A stretch of DNA of 64,000 nt from Andalucia godoyi And28 (lineage: Eukaryota; Protista; Jakobida), in the NCBI GenBank assembly GCA_009859145.1, contig VRVR01000011.1, positions 140,292 to 204,291 of the forward strand. Reading direction: 5' to 3'. Position numbers and translations under genes: made by a program. Under the pieces are notes generated by a model. The model did no database searches. It had not been told where the DNA came from and worked only from the letters and a program-made list of their open reading frames with translations. Below are positions 1 to 10,659 of this stretch, one piece after another. How positions within the stretch are numbered: position 1 is the stretch's first letter; each line of letters starts with the position of its first letter.

Positions 1-425
1 GTGCCTTGACATCCATCGCACAGCACGCACAAACAAGTTGCACCTCGTTTTTTTGTGTTTGTTTTTTTCCCCACATACGTTTCAACTTGCTGTCCTTGTA
101 GCCGCCCCCCCCCCCCCTTTCTCATTACCTTACTTTATCTCGCTCAACAAGAGATTTTCAGACGATGATATTCTTCTGTCCGCCGGTTTTTTTCATTCAC
201 GACAGTTCATCGTCATTCCCATGCCCGTCCTGCCCGGCGACCGGCAGATCTGGTTCAAGATTGGAATGGTGCGCACAACATCAACTGGAAGAACGATTCG
301 GCGTGCTGGGGCCTGCCACCCATTTCCGAATTGAATTCACATTCAGTTCGGATGCAAGACTTCATACGGATGACCAACAATGCTTCGCCATGCTTCATGT
401 ACAATGCAGGCGAACGCAGTAAACT

Positions 426-2297
426 TTATTCATCCATTTCATCAACAGAATTGTACATCCTGATGAGTTGCAACTCATCAGCGTCTTCCGGGGACATTGG
501 CGCACGCGCCGCAGCTTCATCCCCTGCCACACGACCATAACCGCGTTTCGACGAGCGCCATAACTTCCAATACGCAAGGCAAGTGAATATCAAGAATGTC
601 AACAGCACGGCCGACGACGTCGCAAACAAAATAAGGAGAGAGTGCAGGAGACCAGCGGAGGAACCGTCAACGTACTGGCAAGACTCGACATCGAATTGGA
701 TCTGTCCGTACCGACTGCCATCCCAGCTCTCTGACGATTGAACTCCTTCTGAATTCAGGCACGGGCGATAAGAATCTGCAGGGACCCATTTGATGACACG
801 GCGGATGCCGTCGGACACGCATGCAGTGCGAAACACCTGTGTGTCCGAAACAACCTTGTTCCAGTCAATCGGTGGGCAAGGGAGGCATACCTCGGCCGAT
901 TCATACATAGAATCATTGATCCTCAAGAATGGCACGCGAACCAAGCGAGGATTGCAAACAGCGACAACCCGCATGCCCGAATCGTGTTCGGCTGCATACC
1001 GACGTGAATGTTGCGTCGACTGCAGTAAACCGTGACTACGATTCGCAAATTCCAAGCTTGTTAGCGACACTCTGTGCACATCCAGCCACGTTGCAAGTGG
1101 TCTTTCCGATGCCATCCAGACCTTCCAGAAGGTGAGATTGCTCGGAAAGGCACACGCAGAGGATCCTTCGTCCGACACCAAACCATCTGGACACGGGCGG
1201 CAGCTACTTGCGTCGTAGCCGAAAGAGTATGTATTCGCCTTACAGGGGACGCAACTGGGACGTTCAGGACTCGAAACAGCGGTGGATGCCGAATTGCTCG
1301 CCGCTACAAAGCCCGGAGGACAGTCCGTCGACAAGGCCGCATTGTCGCGGATGCATTCACTGGCGTATGGCGCAACTCCGGACAACAGGACACGAAAGAG
1401 AAATGCTCGATCCAAACCCATTGTGCGCGATGCATCGCGCACGTAGGACCAGGAAAACAAGTGGCCTCCTGCAGAAACACGAGTCCACGGCGCCTGGAGA
1501 ATCGAAATGTTCTTCCCGGAATACAAAAAAGCGCCGACTTTCTGAAACCCTGTGGCTGTGCTGGCAGTGATATAGTCCGAGGATGCAACCCGTGCGATTG
1601 CAAGTGCCCCGTCTACGGAGAACTCCAGGCCATCGTACACATAGGATCCATAGTGCTCCGCATCGACGGCAAACCAGAAGCTTATGAAACCATTGGAGGT
1701 AAACGACAACGGTATCTCCAAATCCGAGCGCAGAGCGTCCTCGAGAATCTGCGTTCCCGAGTCCCAGAAATGAAGTTCTGCAGAGGACTCGTTGGAGAAG
1801 AAAGGAAAGCTCAAGCGACGATCCGTTGGCGTTGTTGATGCCACCGACGGCCAGGAAACATCATTCTCGAAAAGTGTGTACTGCGCAGTCTTGAACGGTC
1901 CATTCCACGCCACACAGCTTCCGGACCGCACATCAGGTATCTGTGCATGAGCTTCTCCTTGTGCTGGTGCTGTTTCTGGTGTTGACTGATGAAATCGCGA
2001 TGGATTCAGAAGGCCTTTCAGACAATACGAGCGAAGATTTGCAAACGTCCGAAAATCGAGAGCAGATAAAATTCGACTGTGTGGATTGCGAGATCGTGTG
2101 GTTGGTGGGCATTTGACACACTCCATGGCATTTCCTTCTGCAGAAATCTGTGCAGCATAGTTCGGAGGGCACGACAGCACCGGATACAGTGACTGCAGTG
2201 TCGCGCCCCATGAATCACTTGCACAGCCACAAGGAAGAAGAACACCGCACAGGAAAACCAAGGCGAAAATAAGGCGAACACTCCCGAGATGCATCAT
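426..2297 (-). CDS. ELAPOR/EIG121 (KIAA1324)-like Cys-rich type I membrane protein
   Basis: ORF 426..2471; likely start at MMHLGS (2297), followed by a hydrophobic signal peptide. Cys-rich ephrin-receptor-like repeats (CPPGF..CVPCKANTYS..CRPCPDG), one TM helix then YWKLWR near the C-terminus, resembling ELAPOR CYFWKKN. Confidence 0.6.
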   Translation of the reverse strand: MMHLGSVRLIFALVFLCGVLLPCGCASDSWGATLQSLYPVLSCPPNYAAQISAEGNAMECVKCPPTTRSRNPHSRILSALDFRTFANLRSYCLKGLLNPSRFHQSTPETAPAQGEAHAQIPDVRSGSCVAWNGPFKTAQYTLFENDVSWPSVASTTPTDRRLSFPFFSNESSAELHFWDSGTQILEDALRSDLEIPLSFTSNGFISFWFAVDAEHYGSYVYDGLEFSVDGALAIARVASSDYITASTATGFQKVGAFLYSGKNISILQAPWTRVSAGGHLFSWSYVRDASRTMGLDRAFLFRVLLSGVAPYASECIRDNAALSTDCPPGFVAASNSASTAVSSPERPSCVPCKANTYSFGYDASSCRPCPDGLVSDEGSSACAFPSNLTFWKVWMASERPLATWLDVHRVSLTSLEFANRSHGLLQSTQHSRRYAAEHDSGMRVVAVCNPRLVRVPFLRINDSMYESAEVCLPCPPIDWNKVVSDTQVFRTACVSDGIRRVIKWVPADSYRPCLNSEGVQSSESWDGSRYGQIQFDVESCQYVDGSSAGLLHSLLILFATSSAVLLTFLIFTCLAYWKLWRSSKRGYGRVAGDEAAARAPMSPEDADELQLIRMYNSVDEMDE

Positions 2298-2740
2298 CAC
2301 TCTACAAACCCCTATGCAAAACCTGGAAATGCACAGCTCCGGTTTTGGCATGTGCTCACTGCTAAAAGCCGCATACATCACGCGACTCGGAAAAGAATTG
2401 GAAATGGATGCGTTCTTTAAAAAAAAGCCATTCCACATTCGAAACAACACATACATAATATTTGGGTGCATTCGGGAAAATGAAGAGATTTTTCTCCGGT
2501 AAAAAATAAATCGGGGATGCGAACAAGGGTTATTGAAAACCCTACTTCCTGCAGGAATTCTCTTATGCTGCAGGACTTCGTTTTGCGTTCGGTTTCTGGC
2601 TTTTTTTCTTATTCATGAAAGTGAGAATTGCTGTGGCTGCTTTTTTTTTTTGTTTGATTGTTTGATTGTTTGATTTTAGTTTGTAATAGAAGAAATTGCA
2701 GTTGCAGTTGCAGTTGCAGTTGCAGTGGAGGACGTTACTG

Positions 2741-3118
2741 ATGATGCCGATGATGCCGATTATGATGCGAGCTGCACGAGTTCGGATCCCTTTGCGCAGC
2801 TTTGCGACCTCTGAGATTTGCATGCCTGCTCTTTCTCCGACGATGACCAAGGGAAACCTTGCCCGTTGGCGCAAGAAGGAAGGCGACAAGTTCAAGCCTG
2901 GTGATATCCTGTGTGAGATTGAGACCGACAAGGCAACTCTAGAGTTTGAAATGACAGAGTCCGGATACCTTGCAAAGATTCTTGCCGTCGAAGGCACCCA
3001 GGAAGTCTCTGTCGGCTCTGCAATTGCAGTTGCTGTCGACTCGGAAGCCGAAATCGCAGGTGCAAAGAACTATTCTTCAAATACAGCGTCGTCTGCTTCT
3101 GCCTCTGCCTCTGCCTCC

Positions 3119-3157
<39 letters not shown>

Positions 3158-4177
3158 TCGTCTGCCGCTGCCACAGCTGCTTCAACTCCTGCTTCTTCAA
3201 TTCCTTCCACTGTTGCTGCATCCTCGAATGCGAGTGCCGGAGATCGCGTGTTTGCCTCTCCGTACGCAAAGAAGATTGCCGGTGAGAACAACGTGAACAT
3301 TGCAGAGGTGAAGAAGCTGAATTCTGGACCTCGAATTGTCTCTGCTGATGTGAATGCACATCTTGCGAGTCGCTCGTCTGCTGCACAAGAAACGGCTGGC
3401 GCAGCCTCAACAACTGCGTCATCGATCTCTGCGGCTGCTGGTGCAGGAAATGTGTTCACAGACGTTTCGTTGAATGCGATCCGTAAGCGCATTGCACAGC
3501 GCCTGTTTGAGTCCAAGTCGACGATCCCGCACTACTATCTTACGGTAGAGATTGAGATGGATGCGCTCCTTGCGGTGCGATCTGCACTGAACGAGTCGCT
3601 TTCTAACAATTCCCTGTTGAAAGACAAGAAGGCAAAGCTGTCCGTGAACGACTTTGTGATCAAGGCTGCATCGCTCGCAAACAAGCTTGTTCCTGAAGCA
3701 AACTCCTCTTGGCAGGGCTCCTTTATCCGCACGTTCCACAACGTCGACACAAACATTGCCATTGCAACTCCGAACGGCCTCGTTGCACCGCTTATCAAGG
3801 GCACGGATACGAAGGGACTCGTCGATATCTCGTCTGCGGTCCGTGAGCTTGCGGACAAGGCAAAGGACGGAAAGCTGTCTCCGGAAGAACTCCAGCCGGG
3901 TACATTTACCATCTCCAACCTTGGAATGTTTGGTGTTTCTCAATTTGCAGCCATCATCAATCCGCCGCAGTCCTGCATCCTTGCAGTCGGTTCTGCAAAG
4001 AAGGCTGTTTTGGTGAACGAAGACGCGGCAAAGAACTCGGCCGAGCGATTCCGAGAGGCCACCGTCTTGAATGCAACCCTTTCATGCGACCACAGAGTCG
4101 TCGACGGGGCTGTTGGTGCACAGTGGTTGCAGCACTTTAAGCGTCTCCTTGAGAACCCTTCCCAGATGCTTCTCTAA
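2741..4177 (+). CDS. DLAT: Pyruvate dehydrogenase E2, dihydrolipoamide acetyltransferase (mitochondrial)
   Basis: Lipoyl domain MPALSPTM..EIETDKAT, Ala/Pro linker, E3-binding ASPYAKK, catalytic DHRVVDGA; Arg-rich presequence. Start at 2741 is an estimate. Confidence 0.97.
3099..3155 (+). repeat. Coding hexamer repeats (TCTGCC/CCTGCT)n encoding the Ser-Ala and Ala-Pro linker of DLAT
   Basis: Directly visible tandem hexamers. Confidence 0.85.
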
Positions 4178-4400
4178 CCAAACCCAAAATGCCCTTCTTC
4201 TTCTTCTTGTTGTTGTTGTTCCAGTTTTTGTTATGTTGTGTATGTCCGTTCGGGAGAGAAGCTTCAACCTTTGAGAGGATGGTTTTGAAAGAAACTATTG
4301 TTCCGGCTCCATAAAAGTTTTTCCTTTTTATACATGTACATGTACCATTCGTTGTCTTGTTTTCAATTTGCCTTCGGGGGGGGGGGGGGTTGTGCAACCG

Positions 4401-4853
4401 ATAATCGCAACCTGTCTTTCCAAGATGCCGAGAACCAAGAAACCCGTTGGTTCTCCCTCGTCGGAGACGGAAAGCAAGGACAAGAAGAAGATCGTCAGAC
4501 GGCAACTTGTTGCGCAAGCTGGTAATGATCAAAAATCACGAAGATGTGGTTGATTTGCGTTCGGAATGCGCTTTCTTTCAAGCCAGAGGACAAGAAGGGG
4601 CAATGGCAAAAGCGTCGTCAGGCCCGATGTGCAACGCCGCCGCCGACATTCTGTTTCTTCCAACGTTCATTTTTTTGAATGCTGAACCAATTGGGAAATG
4701 TGTTGGTTGCGATAGCTCTTTGATGCAGAGCAATCTGCATTGAAGAGTTGGTGCTCGCTCTAAATATTTAAATAAATAAATAAATAAATAAATGTGGGTT
4801 GGATCTGTCGCTTTGCCCGATGACCAATAATGATTCATGTTTTGGGCGAGCGG
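4401..4853 (+). mobile_element. Family X element, copy X1: internally deleted, probably TnpB/Fanzor-derived
   Basis: Homologous to 49562-49931(-) and 61975-62167(+): shares GAGAACCAAGAAA, TGATGCAGAGCAATCTGCATTGAAGAGTTGGTGCTCGC and the end CATGTTTTGGGCGAGCGG. Degenerate ORF MPRTKK..KKKIVRRQ and frameshifted RPDV/NAAADIL. Left boundary approximate. Confidence 0.65.
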
Positions 4854-5453
4854 AAAAGTGATCAAAAATGTCAATAACCTCCGCTCCAATCTCCCCGATT
4901 ACAGGATATCCAACGATGTGTTCAATAATTGAAAAACATCATAAAGAATTTAAAATGCTAGTCCTAAACACTGCTAGAAAAAACGCCAAGGCTTCTTTCT
5001 TGTATGCAGATATACATATGAATATATTAGTATACAATATTAGTATTATTATCCTTCCGTTCTTTCTGTTTCTGTGTTTACGCGACTTCTTTAATTTTAA
5101 GAAAGATACTCTTCTGTGTCGATCTTCTTTAACAGCAACCAACGACGGTACTTCTTCTTTTCTGGTGTTTCTTCGTGCATTCCCCCCTTTCTCTCTCTCT
5201 TCCCCCAACCTCTTCTGAACGTCGTACTTGCTGCGTATGCCGATTCAACGTAGACGGAGAAAAAGGAACCATACATAGGGAGCAGCAGGCTGTCTAGGGT
5301 TTTATCTTGCAGCTTGCATAGTTACCGACTTTGTGCGAGTTTCCCATAGACAAGCCGTGTCATTTAACAGATTTTTTTTATTTTCAGCGTTTTCCCTCTT
5401 CTCGTTCTGCTTGTCTTTCACTTCCTGTCGGTTGTGCTTGTTGCTGGTGATCG

Positions 5454-7307
5454 ATGTTCAAGGCACCTCAGAATCCCGCTACTGACCCGGGTCTGCAGTG
5501 GGCCCTTGTAGTGCATCTTGGAGCTGGAAGCCACGCCGAAGAGCGTCGAGCGCTGTATCGAGAGTGTGTTGCTTCTGCACTGTCTGCTGCATCATCGATC
5601 TTGTCTGGGCTTAGTGGATCAGATGAAGGTGCGAACGCGTCGTCTGAAGAGAACGGACAGAGTATCGGAGATCGGACTTTTCAATATTCGGAAAGTCGGC
5701 TGTGGGATCTTGCCGTGTCGGCGGTGTGCGCTGCTGTTGAGCAGCTTGAGAACAACCCGAGTACGAACGCTGGTTGCGGATCGAACTTGTCGCTGAAAGG
5801 TACTGTCGAACTGGATGCTTCCTTGATGACGAGCGATGGGCTTTGGGCCGGTGTAGGCTGCGTGCCCAAGGTGTCGAACCCCGTCCGGATTGTGCAGGAC
5901 ATGCTGCAGGTTCAGCATCAGCAGAGAACGTTGTCGTGCGGGAGAGTTCCTCCAATGATGTTGTGTGGAGAGGGAGCACTGCTCTATGCCATTGAACGCG
6001 AAAATTTAAAAAGGTATGTGTTGCCGTCGGATGCAAGCCTGAAATCGAGCTCTTCGATCGCGAATTTTGAGAGGTACCAGAAGATGCTCGAGGAGTCTGA
6101 GCTCTCTCAGCGCATAAAAAACGCTGCGCCATTGCAGTCCACAGGCATTCTATCTCCTCCGTGTTCTGCGGCGAGCTCGTTCCCGTCAGTGTCGTCGGCG
6201 TCGTCGAATTCATTGTCATCCCTGACCACAGTGTCCTCCACAAGGTCGCTGTCGGTTGCGTCTGCGCTGTCCTCAGCATCGTCTACATCTTCCCTGATTG
6301 CGCCGGATGGACAGCATTCCCGTGATGTGCAAAAGTCAGCGGCGGACAGCGGAGAACATTTGCATCTCAGCCCGACAATAGAGACTGCGGCCTCAGAAGG
6401 GCCGAATTGTCCTCCAGATGTGATGATGGACACTGTTGGAGCGGTTCTTATGCTTTGGTCCCCCCTTCTCAGTATCCCTATTGCTGTTTCGGCGGTTTCT
6501 TCTGGAGGCATTGCGATGAAGATGCCAGGCCGAGTTGGTGAGGCCGCAGTATATGGCGCAGGATGCTTTGCCGCTTCGTTTCCAGAAGAACGGACGCAGC
6601 ATCACAAGAGCCGTGTCGAAGAAAAGACAGCAAGATCAAGGAAGCGCCCTCGGTTGTCGCCGAGTTCCACTCCCGTCGACCCATCGAAGGATCATGACCG
6701 ACATGCAATTCCGGGCTTCAATGAGATCCGCGTGGATGGCGGCGCTGAAGTGGAATTTGATTTTCAGGAGCCGGTGAACAGCAGTTCGTCCTCGTCCTCG
6801 TCCTCGTCCTCCGTCTCCGGTTCCTCTTCTTCTTCTTCTTCTTCTTCTTCTTCTGGCTCCTGTTCCTCCTCGTCAGGATCTGCAATCGGATTTGTCTCTG
6901 GGATCAAATCCGCAAACGATCCATCGGAAGATGACGACAAGGATACGGAAGATGCGGTCCTCACTGCAGTCTCTTGCTCGGGCTGCGGGGAAGATATCAT
7001 GCGATATCAACTTGCATTCCGCGTTGCCCGCCCTCATTCGGATCTTGGGCGCATTCTGCAGGCTATGCCACATGTAACAATGGAGCGTGCTGCTGGATGT
7101 GTTCGCCTTGAGTATCGATATGGCCCAAGTGAAAACATCCATCGAATGCTGATCTCGTGTGCCCACACGACAAGAAGCATGGTGTATGGCTGGTGTACGT
7201 CCTCTTCGCCAAAACACGTCCACTTTCGCTTTTCAAAACGTGGAGAGGCTCTTCTGCCTATCAGCGACTCCGCGTGCATCGTATCCGTTGACCGTGTGAA
7301 GTTCTGA
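5454..7307 (+). CDS. TASP1: Threonine aspartase 1 (Taspase-1; Ntn hydrolase)
   Basis: VVHLGAG, TNAGCGSNL..GTVELDASLM, autocleavage site D/TVGAV, SSGGIAMKMPGRVGEAAVYGAG, AVSCSGCGE. Confidence 0.92.
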   Translation: MFKAPQNPATDPGLQWALVVHLGAGSHAEERRALYRECVASALSAASSILSGLSGSDEGANASSEENGQSIGDRTFQYSESRLWDLAVSAVCAAVEQLENNPSTNAGCGSNLSLKGTVELDASLMTSDGLWAGVGCVPKVSNPVRIVQDMLQVQHQQRTLSCGRVPPMMLCGEGALLYAIERENLKRYVLPSDASLKSSSSIANFERYQKMLEESELSQRIKNAAPLQSTGILSPPCSAASSFPSVSSASSNSLSSLTTVSSTRSLSVASALSSASSTSSLIAPDGQHSRDVQKSAADSGEHLHLSPTIETAASEGPNCPPDVMMDTVGAVLMLWSPLLSIPIAVSAVSSGGIAMKMPGRVGEAAVYGAGCFAASFPEERTQHHKSRVEEKTARSRKRPRLSPSSTPVDPSKDHDRHAIPGFNEIRVDGGAEVEFDFQEPVNSSSSSSSSSSSVSGSSSSSSSSSSSGSCSSSSGSAIGFVSGIKSANDPSEDDDKDTEDAVLTAVSCSGCGEDIMRYQLAFRVARPHSDLGRILQAMPHVTMERAAGCVRLEYRYGPSENIHRMLISCAHTTRSMVYGWCTSSSPKHVHFRFSKRGEALLPISDSACIVSVDRVKF

Positions 7308-7826
7308 GAAGACATGGTACGGTATCCTATTATTGTGCAGTCCGGGCTTTGTTAGTTTCATAGCAGCCGTTCGTCTAGTTATTCATTTTTATCTTGTCTC
7401 ATATTCATCATCATCATCTTCTTCTTCATCTTCTTCTTCTTCTTCATCTTCTTTTTCTTTTTGCTCCTCCTCCTCTTGGAATCGGCGCAGCAAATGCGCA
7501 CGAATGCATGCTACAGACGTGAGCCCTCCTTTTCTTTTTTTCGGATATTGTAAACGTACATCATAATATACAAGCACACTGACCGTCAGTCCTCATCTGT
7601 CCACGGATTCTCTTTCTCTTCTCAAACCGCCCCGGTTAGTATTCATTCATCTTGTACCTTCCCTTTGTTTTCCACATTCTTGGCATTGTTGGTGGTGAAC
7701 ACACGACAAAAAAAAAAAGAAAGAAAGAAAAAAGAAAAGAAGAGACAGAAGAGAAAGAAGAAAAAAACACACGTCCAGGTTCACAGTCTGACGTGGACAA
7801 ACAGCTATCACCCCAACATGCACACG

Positions 7827-8678
7827 CTATGAAGGAAGAGATTGTCGCCCGTGGAATGAGCTTCCTCGTCGCATATTCCAAGACTTGCGCGCCTCGCCGG
7901 AAGACCTGTTGAAATCATTCGAATAGCGATCATCCGTCATGGGCACGTAGCCGCCCTCTGGAGTGCAAAATTGCGGGAACTGCGCCACGAAATTCGCATA
8001 TCCGCTCTTGAGCAGGACGACGTTAGGCCAGCACAGTCCTGGATACGCATTTCGGTTGATGGTTCGATCCAGGGATCTCAAATGGCCGAGCATTCGCGGA
8101 CCTCTCTTCACCGAATGCTCACAGTGGAAAACGACCAAAGTATCCGGAGTGATGAGCGGTATCTGCTGGCCAATGTGTCCGAAAAAGAAGGACTCGACTG
8201 CGCTAGGATCAGGCAGGTTGACCGCGTTCGCAATATGCCCACCTTCAAACTCGTACCCGTATCGACAATCGATGATCAATACTCGTTGTTGCTGCTGCTG
8301 CACCGTGTGCGTCTGCGAGAGCAGACTTGCCAAAGCGTATGCGGATATTGTATTACATTGATCCTGCATCCCCTCAATCGAAATAGGACACGGAAACGCC
8401 TCGGGAAGCACAGAAAAACGAGAAAAATGTGAATGTGTCTCGACCAGCGCACTTGGAATCACAGAGCTCGTGGATCGCCGAGAAAGCCCTGAAACAGGAG
8501 GACGTCTGCACTCGCGATCCGGTGAAGCACGGCGATAAGGCGAAGTACTGGAAAGCAGCGGTGGAAGATTCTCCGACATTTCTCCATTTGGACTCGAAGG
8601 AAAATCACTAAACAGCGGCTTCCGAGGAGACGGCGAAGCTCTGTTTACAGATCGGATGGAAAGAGGAGAGTCAAACAT
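7827..8678 (-). CDS. CDC25: CDC25-type M-phase inducer phosphatase (rhodanese fold)
   Basis: IIDCRYGYEFEGGHI, active site HCEHSVKRGP (CX5R), LLKSGYANF; N-terminal SP-rich region. Confidence 0.92.
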   Translation of the reverse strand: MFDSPLSIRSVNRASPSPRKPLFSDFPSSPNGEMSENLPPLLSSTSPYRRASPDRECRRPPVSGLSRRSTSSVIPSALVETHSHFSRFSVLPEAFPCPISIEGMQDQCNTISAYALASLLSQTHTVQQQQQRVLIIDCRYGYEFEGGHIANAVNLPDPSAVESFFFGHIGQQIPLITPDTLVVFHCEHSVKRGPRMLGHLRSLDRTINRNAYPGLCWPNVVLLKSGYANFVAQFPQFCTPEGGYVPMTDDRYSNDFNRSSGEARKSWNMRRGSSFHGRQSLPS

Positions 8679-9238
8679 CTTGCACGGCCAAAACAAACAA
8701 AGCTGATGATGACGATGATGACGATGATGATGATGATGAATACAAAAGTACTTTTTTTAATCAAATAGTAAAAAATAATAATAAAAAAGAACAAAGCAAT
8801 AATGATCGAATGATCGAATGAAACACAGAGAAATGTTTGGTTTTCAAAATGGTGAAAAACCGGTAAACATTATAAAGCTGCGTTGAGAGCGGGTAAGGTT
8901 TCCCGACTTTTCTGAACTCCGAAACACTTGCTGCTTAGTCTGCTCGTGCTACCGTGCAATTTTCGAGTTTCCATCTGCCTGAAACCACAAAACCCTGAAT
9001 ATCATCGGATAGTACGGATGAGTTGACAGCCGTCGACATTGCCGTCCCCCTGCAGATTGCTGAAACTCATTGGACGGGACGTCTGCTTGAGGCGCAGCAT
9101 GCGAGCTAAATGTTTGGGAGAGATTTGGGTTGGAGAGTAGTGGTGCTGTTACGTTCTCAGCTTCGACTTTATTATTATTATTTATTTATTATTATTATTA
9201 TTTATTTTTTTTGATTTGCTTTGCGGCTGTAGGACAGT

Positions 9239-10384
9239 ATGGAATTGGAAGAAGACGAGACGGGGCTTCTTGTCCGGCCATCGGACGCTGGAAGCGAATC
9301 GCAGAGCAGCGATGTTGTTGCTGTGAGCGTGGATGGCGCGATTGCTGCGCCGAATGCCCATTCTGAGAATGAGGAGACCGGCGCTGCTTCTGATTCGACG
9401 TCTTCCTTGACTCCGGCGCAGAGACGAAGGCGTTTGTTATCGAAGCCTGAGCAGTGGTCAAAGTCGGTTCTGTCCGTTGCGAGACCGGTTCTGATCACCA
9501 TGATTCTCACGCTGGTGATGATCAGGCTCCTGGCTTCAGACTCTTCGACGGGTAGCTCGTACGGAAATGCAGAAGACGGCGATGATGCGGGCTCTGGAAG
9601 CGATGATCAGAGCGACTCTGAGAAGATTGGAGTTGCACTGTTGTCTGCACTGTTTGTGATTGCAATCATGTTTGTTGCGCTGGTGGTAATGGCTTTCTTG
9701 TACAAGAGAGGATACATCAAGGCGATCATTGGATACATGATGGTGTCTACGTTTATCCTGTACGCAATGCTCGGCTCTATGTGGTTTTACGGTATTTGCT
9801 TTGCTCTTCGAATTCGTCTGGACTGGTTTACATTCGCCTTTTGCATATCCAATTTTGCCGTTGGTGGAAGCGTGTGCTTGTTCTACTACGCTCGTCATGA
9901 GCTCTCCCAGTGCTATCTGATCGTATCCTCGGCAATGGTCGCTTGGTGGCTCTCGTTTCTGCCTGTGTGGACCACCTGGGCCTTGCTCATTCTTCTAGTC
10001 TTGTTTGACATTGCCGTGGTTCTCGCGCCCAAGGGACCGCTGAAAACCATTGTCGAAACTGCCCAGGAGCGCAACGAACCAATTCCGGCTCCCGTGTACG
10101 AAGGAGATGGGCTGAAACTTGGACTCGGCGATTTCATCTTTTACACTCTGCTGGTTGCCCGCGCCGCACTGGCTCCCTCTGGCGGGTTTTTGCTCTCTGC
10201 GTTTGTTTGTGCCGTTTCCATATTCGCCGGCCTCGGCTTGACTCTCGTTGTCCTCGGCCTGTATGGGAAAGCTCTGCCAGCGCTCCCAATTTCTATTGTG
10301 CTCGGCCTCATCTGGTACGCTGCTGCCGTCTACCTTGTTTCTCCGTTTGCAGTTGAACTTGCCCTCTATCGAATTGCAGCGTAG
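9239..10384 (+). CDS. PSEN: Presenilin (gamma-secretase catalytic subunit)
   Basis: Multi-TM protein with LFD (TM6 Asp), LGLGDFIFY (GxGD) and KALPALP motifs. Confidence 0.95.
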   Translation: MELEEDETGLLVRPSDAGSESQSSDVVAVSVDGAIAAPNAHSENEETGAASDSTSSLTPAQRRRRLLSKPEQWSKSVLSVARPVLITMILTLVMIRLLASDSSTGSSYGNAEDGDDAGSGSDDQSDSEKIGVALLSALFVIAIMFVALVVMAFLYKRGYIKAIIGYMMVSTFILYAMLGSMWFYGICFALRIRLDWFTFAFCISNFAVGGSVCLFYYARHELSQCYLIVSSAMVAWWLSFLPVWTTWALLILLVLFDIAVVLAPKGPLKTIVETAQERNEPIPAPVYEGDGLKLGLGDFIFYTLLVARAALAPSGGFLLSAFVCAVSIFAGLGLTLVVLGLYGKALPALPISIVLGLIWYAAAVYLVSPFAVELALYRIAA

Positions 10385-10659
10385 CCTTGGACTGCTCCCT
10401 GGGCGTTGCACTCTCTCGCGCCCGTTATTTATTGTTCTTATCCAATTTATTATCATGTCGACGGCTTGGCCGTTGCGTGTTTTGTTTTGCGAGCTGGGTG
10501 GTTCAGATATGAATGAAAATTCATAAACTGCACAAGAAGATCTGCAGTAACAGTACATATTTACCACTATACATCGTTCGTTCGTCCATCGAAACAGAAA
10601 ACAAAAGAAAGAAAGGAAAGCACGCCCGGTTGCTGTCCCAGCTCTCTTTCCTGCTGGGC

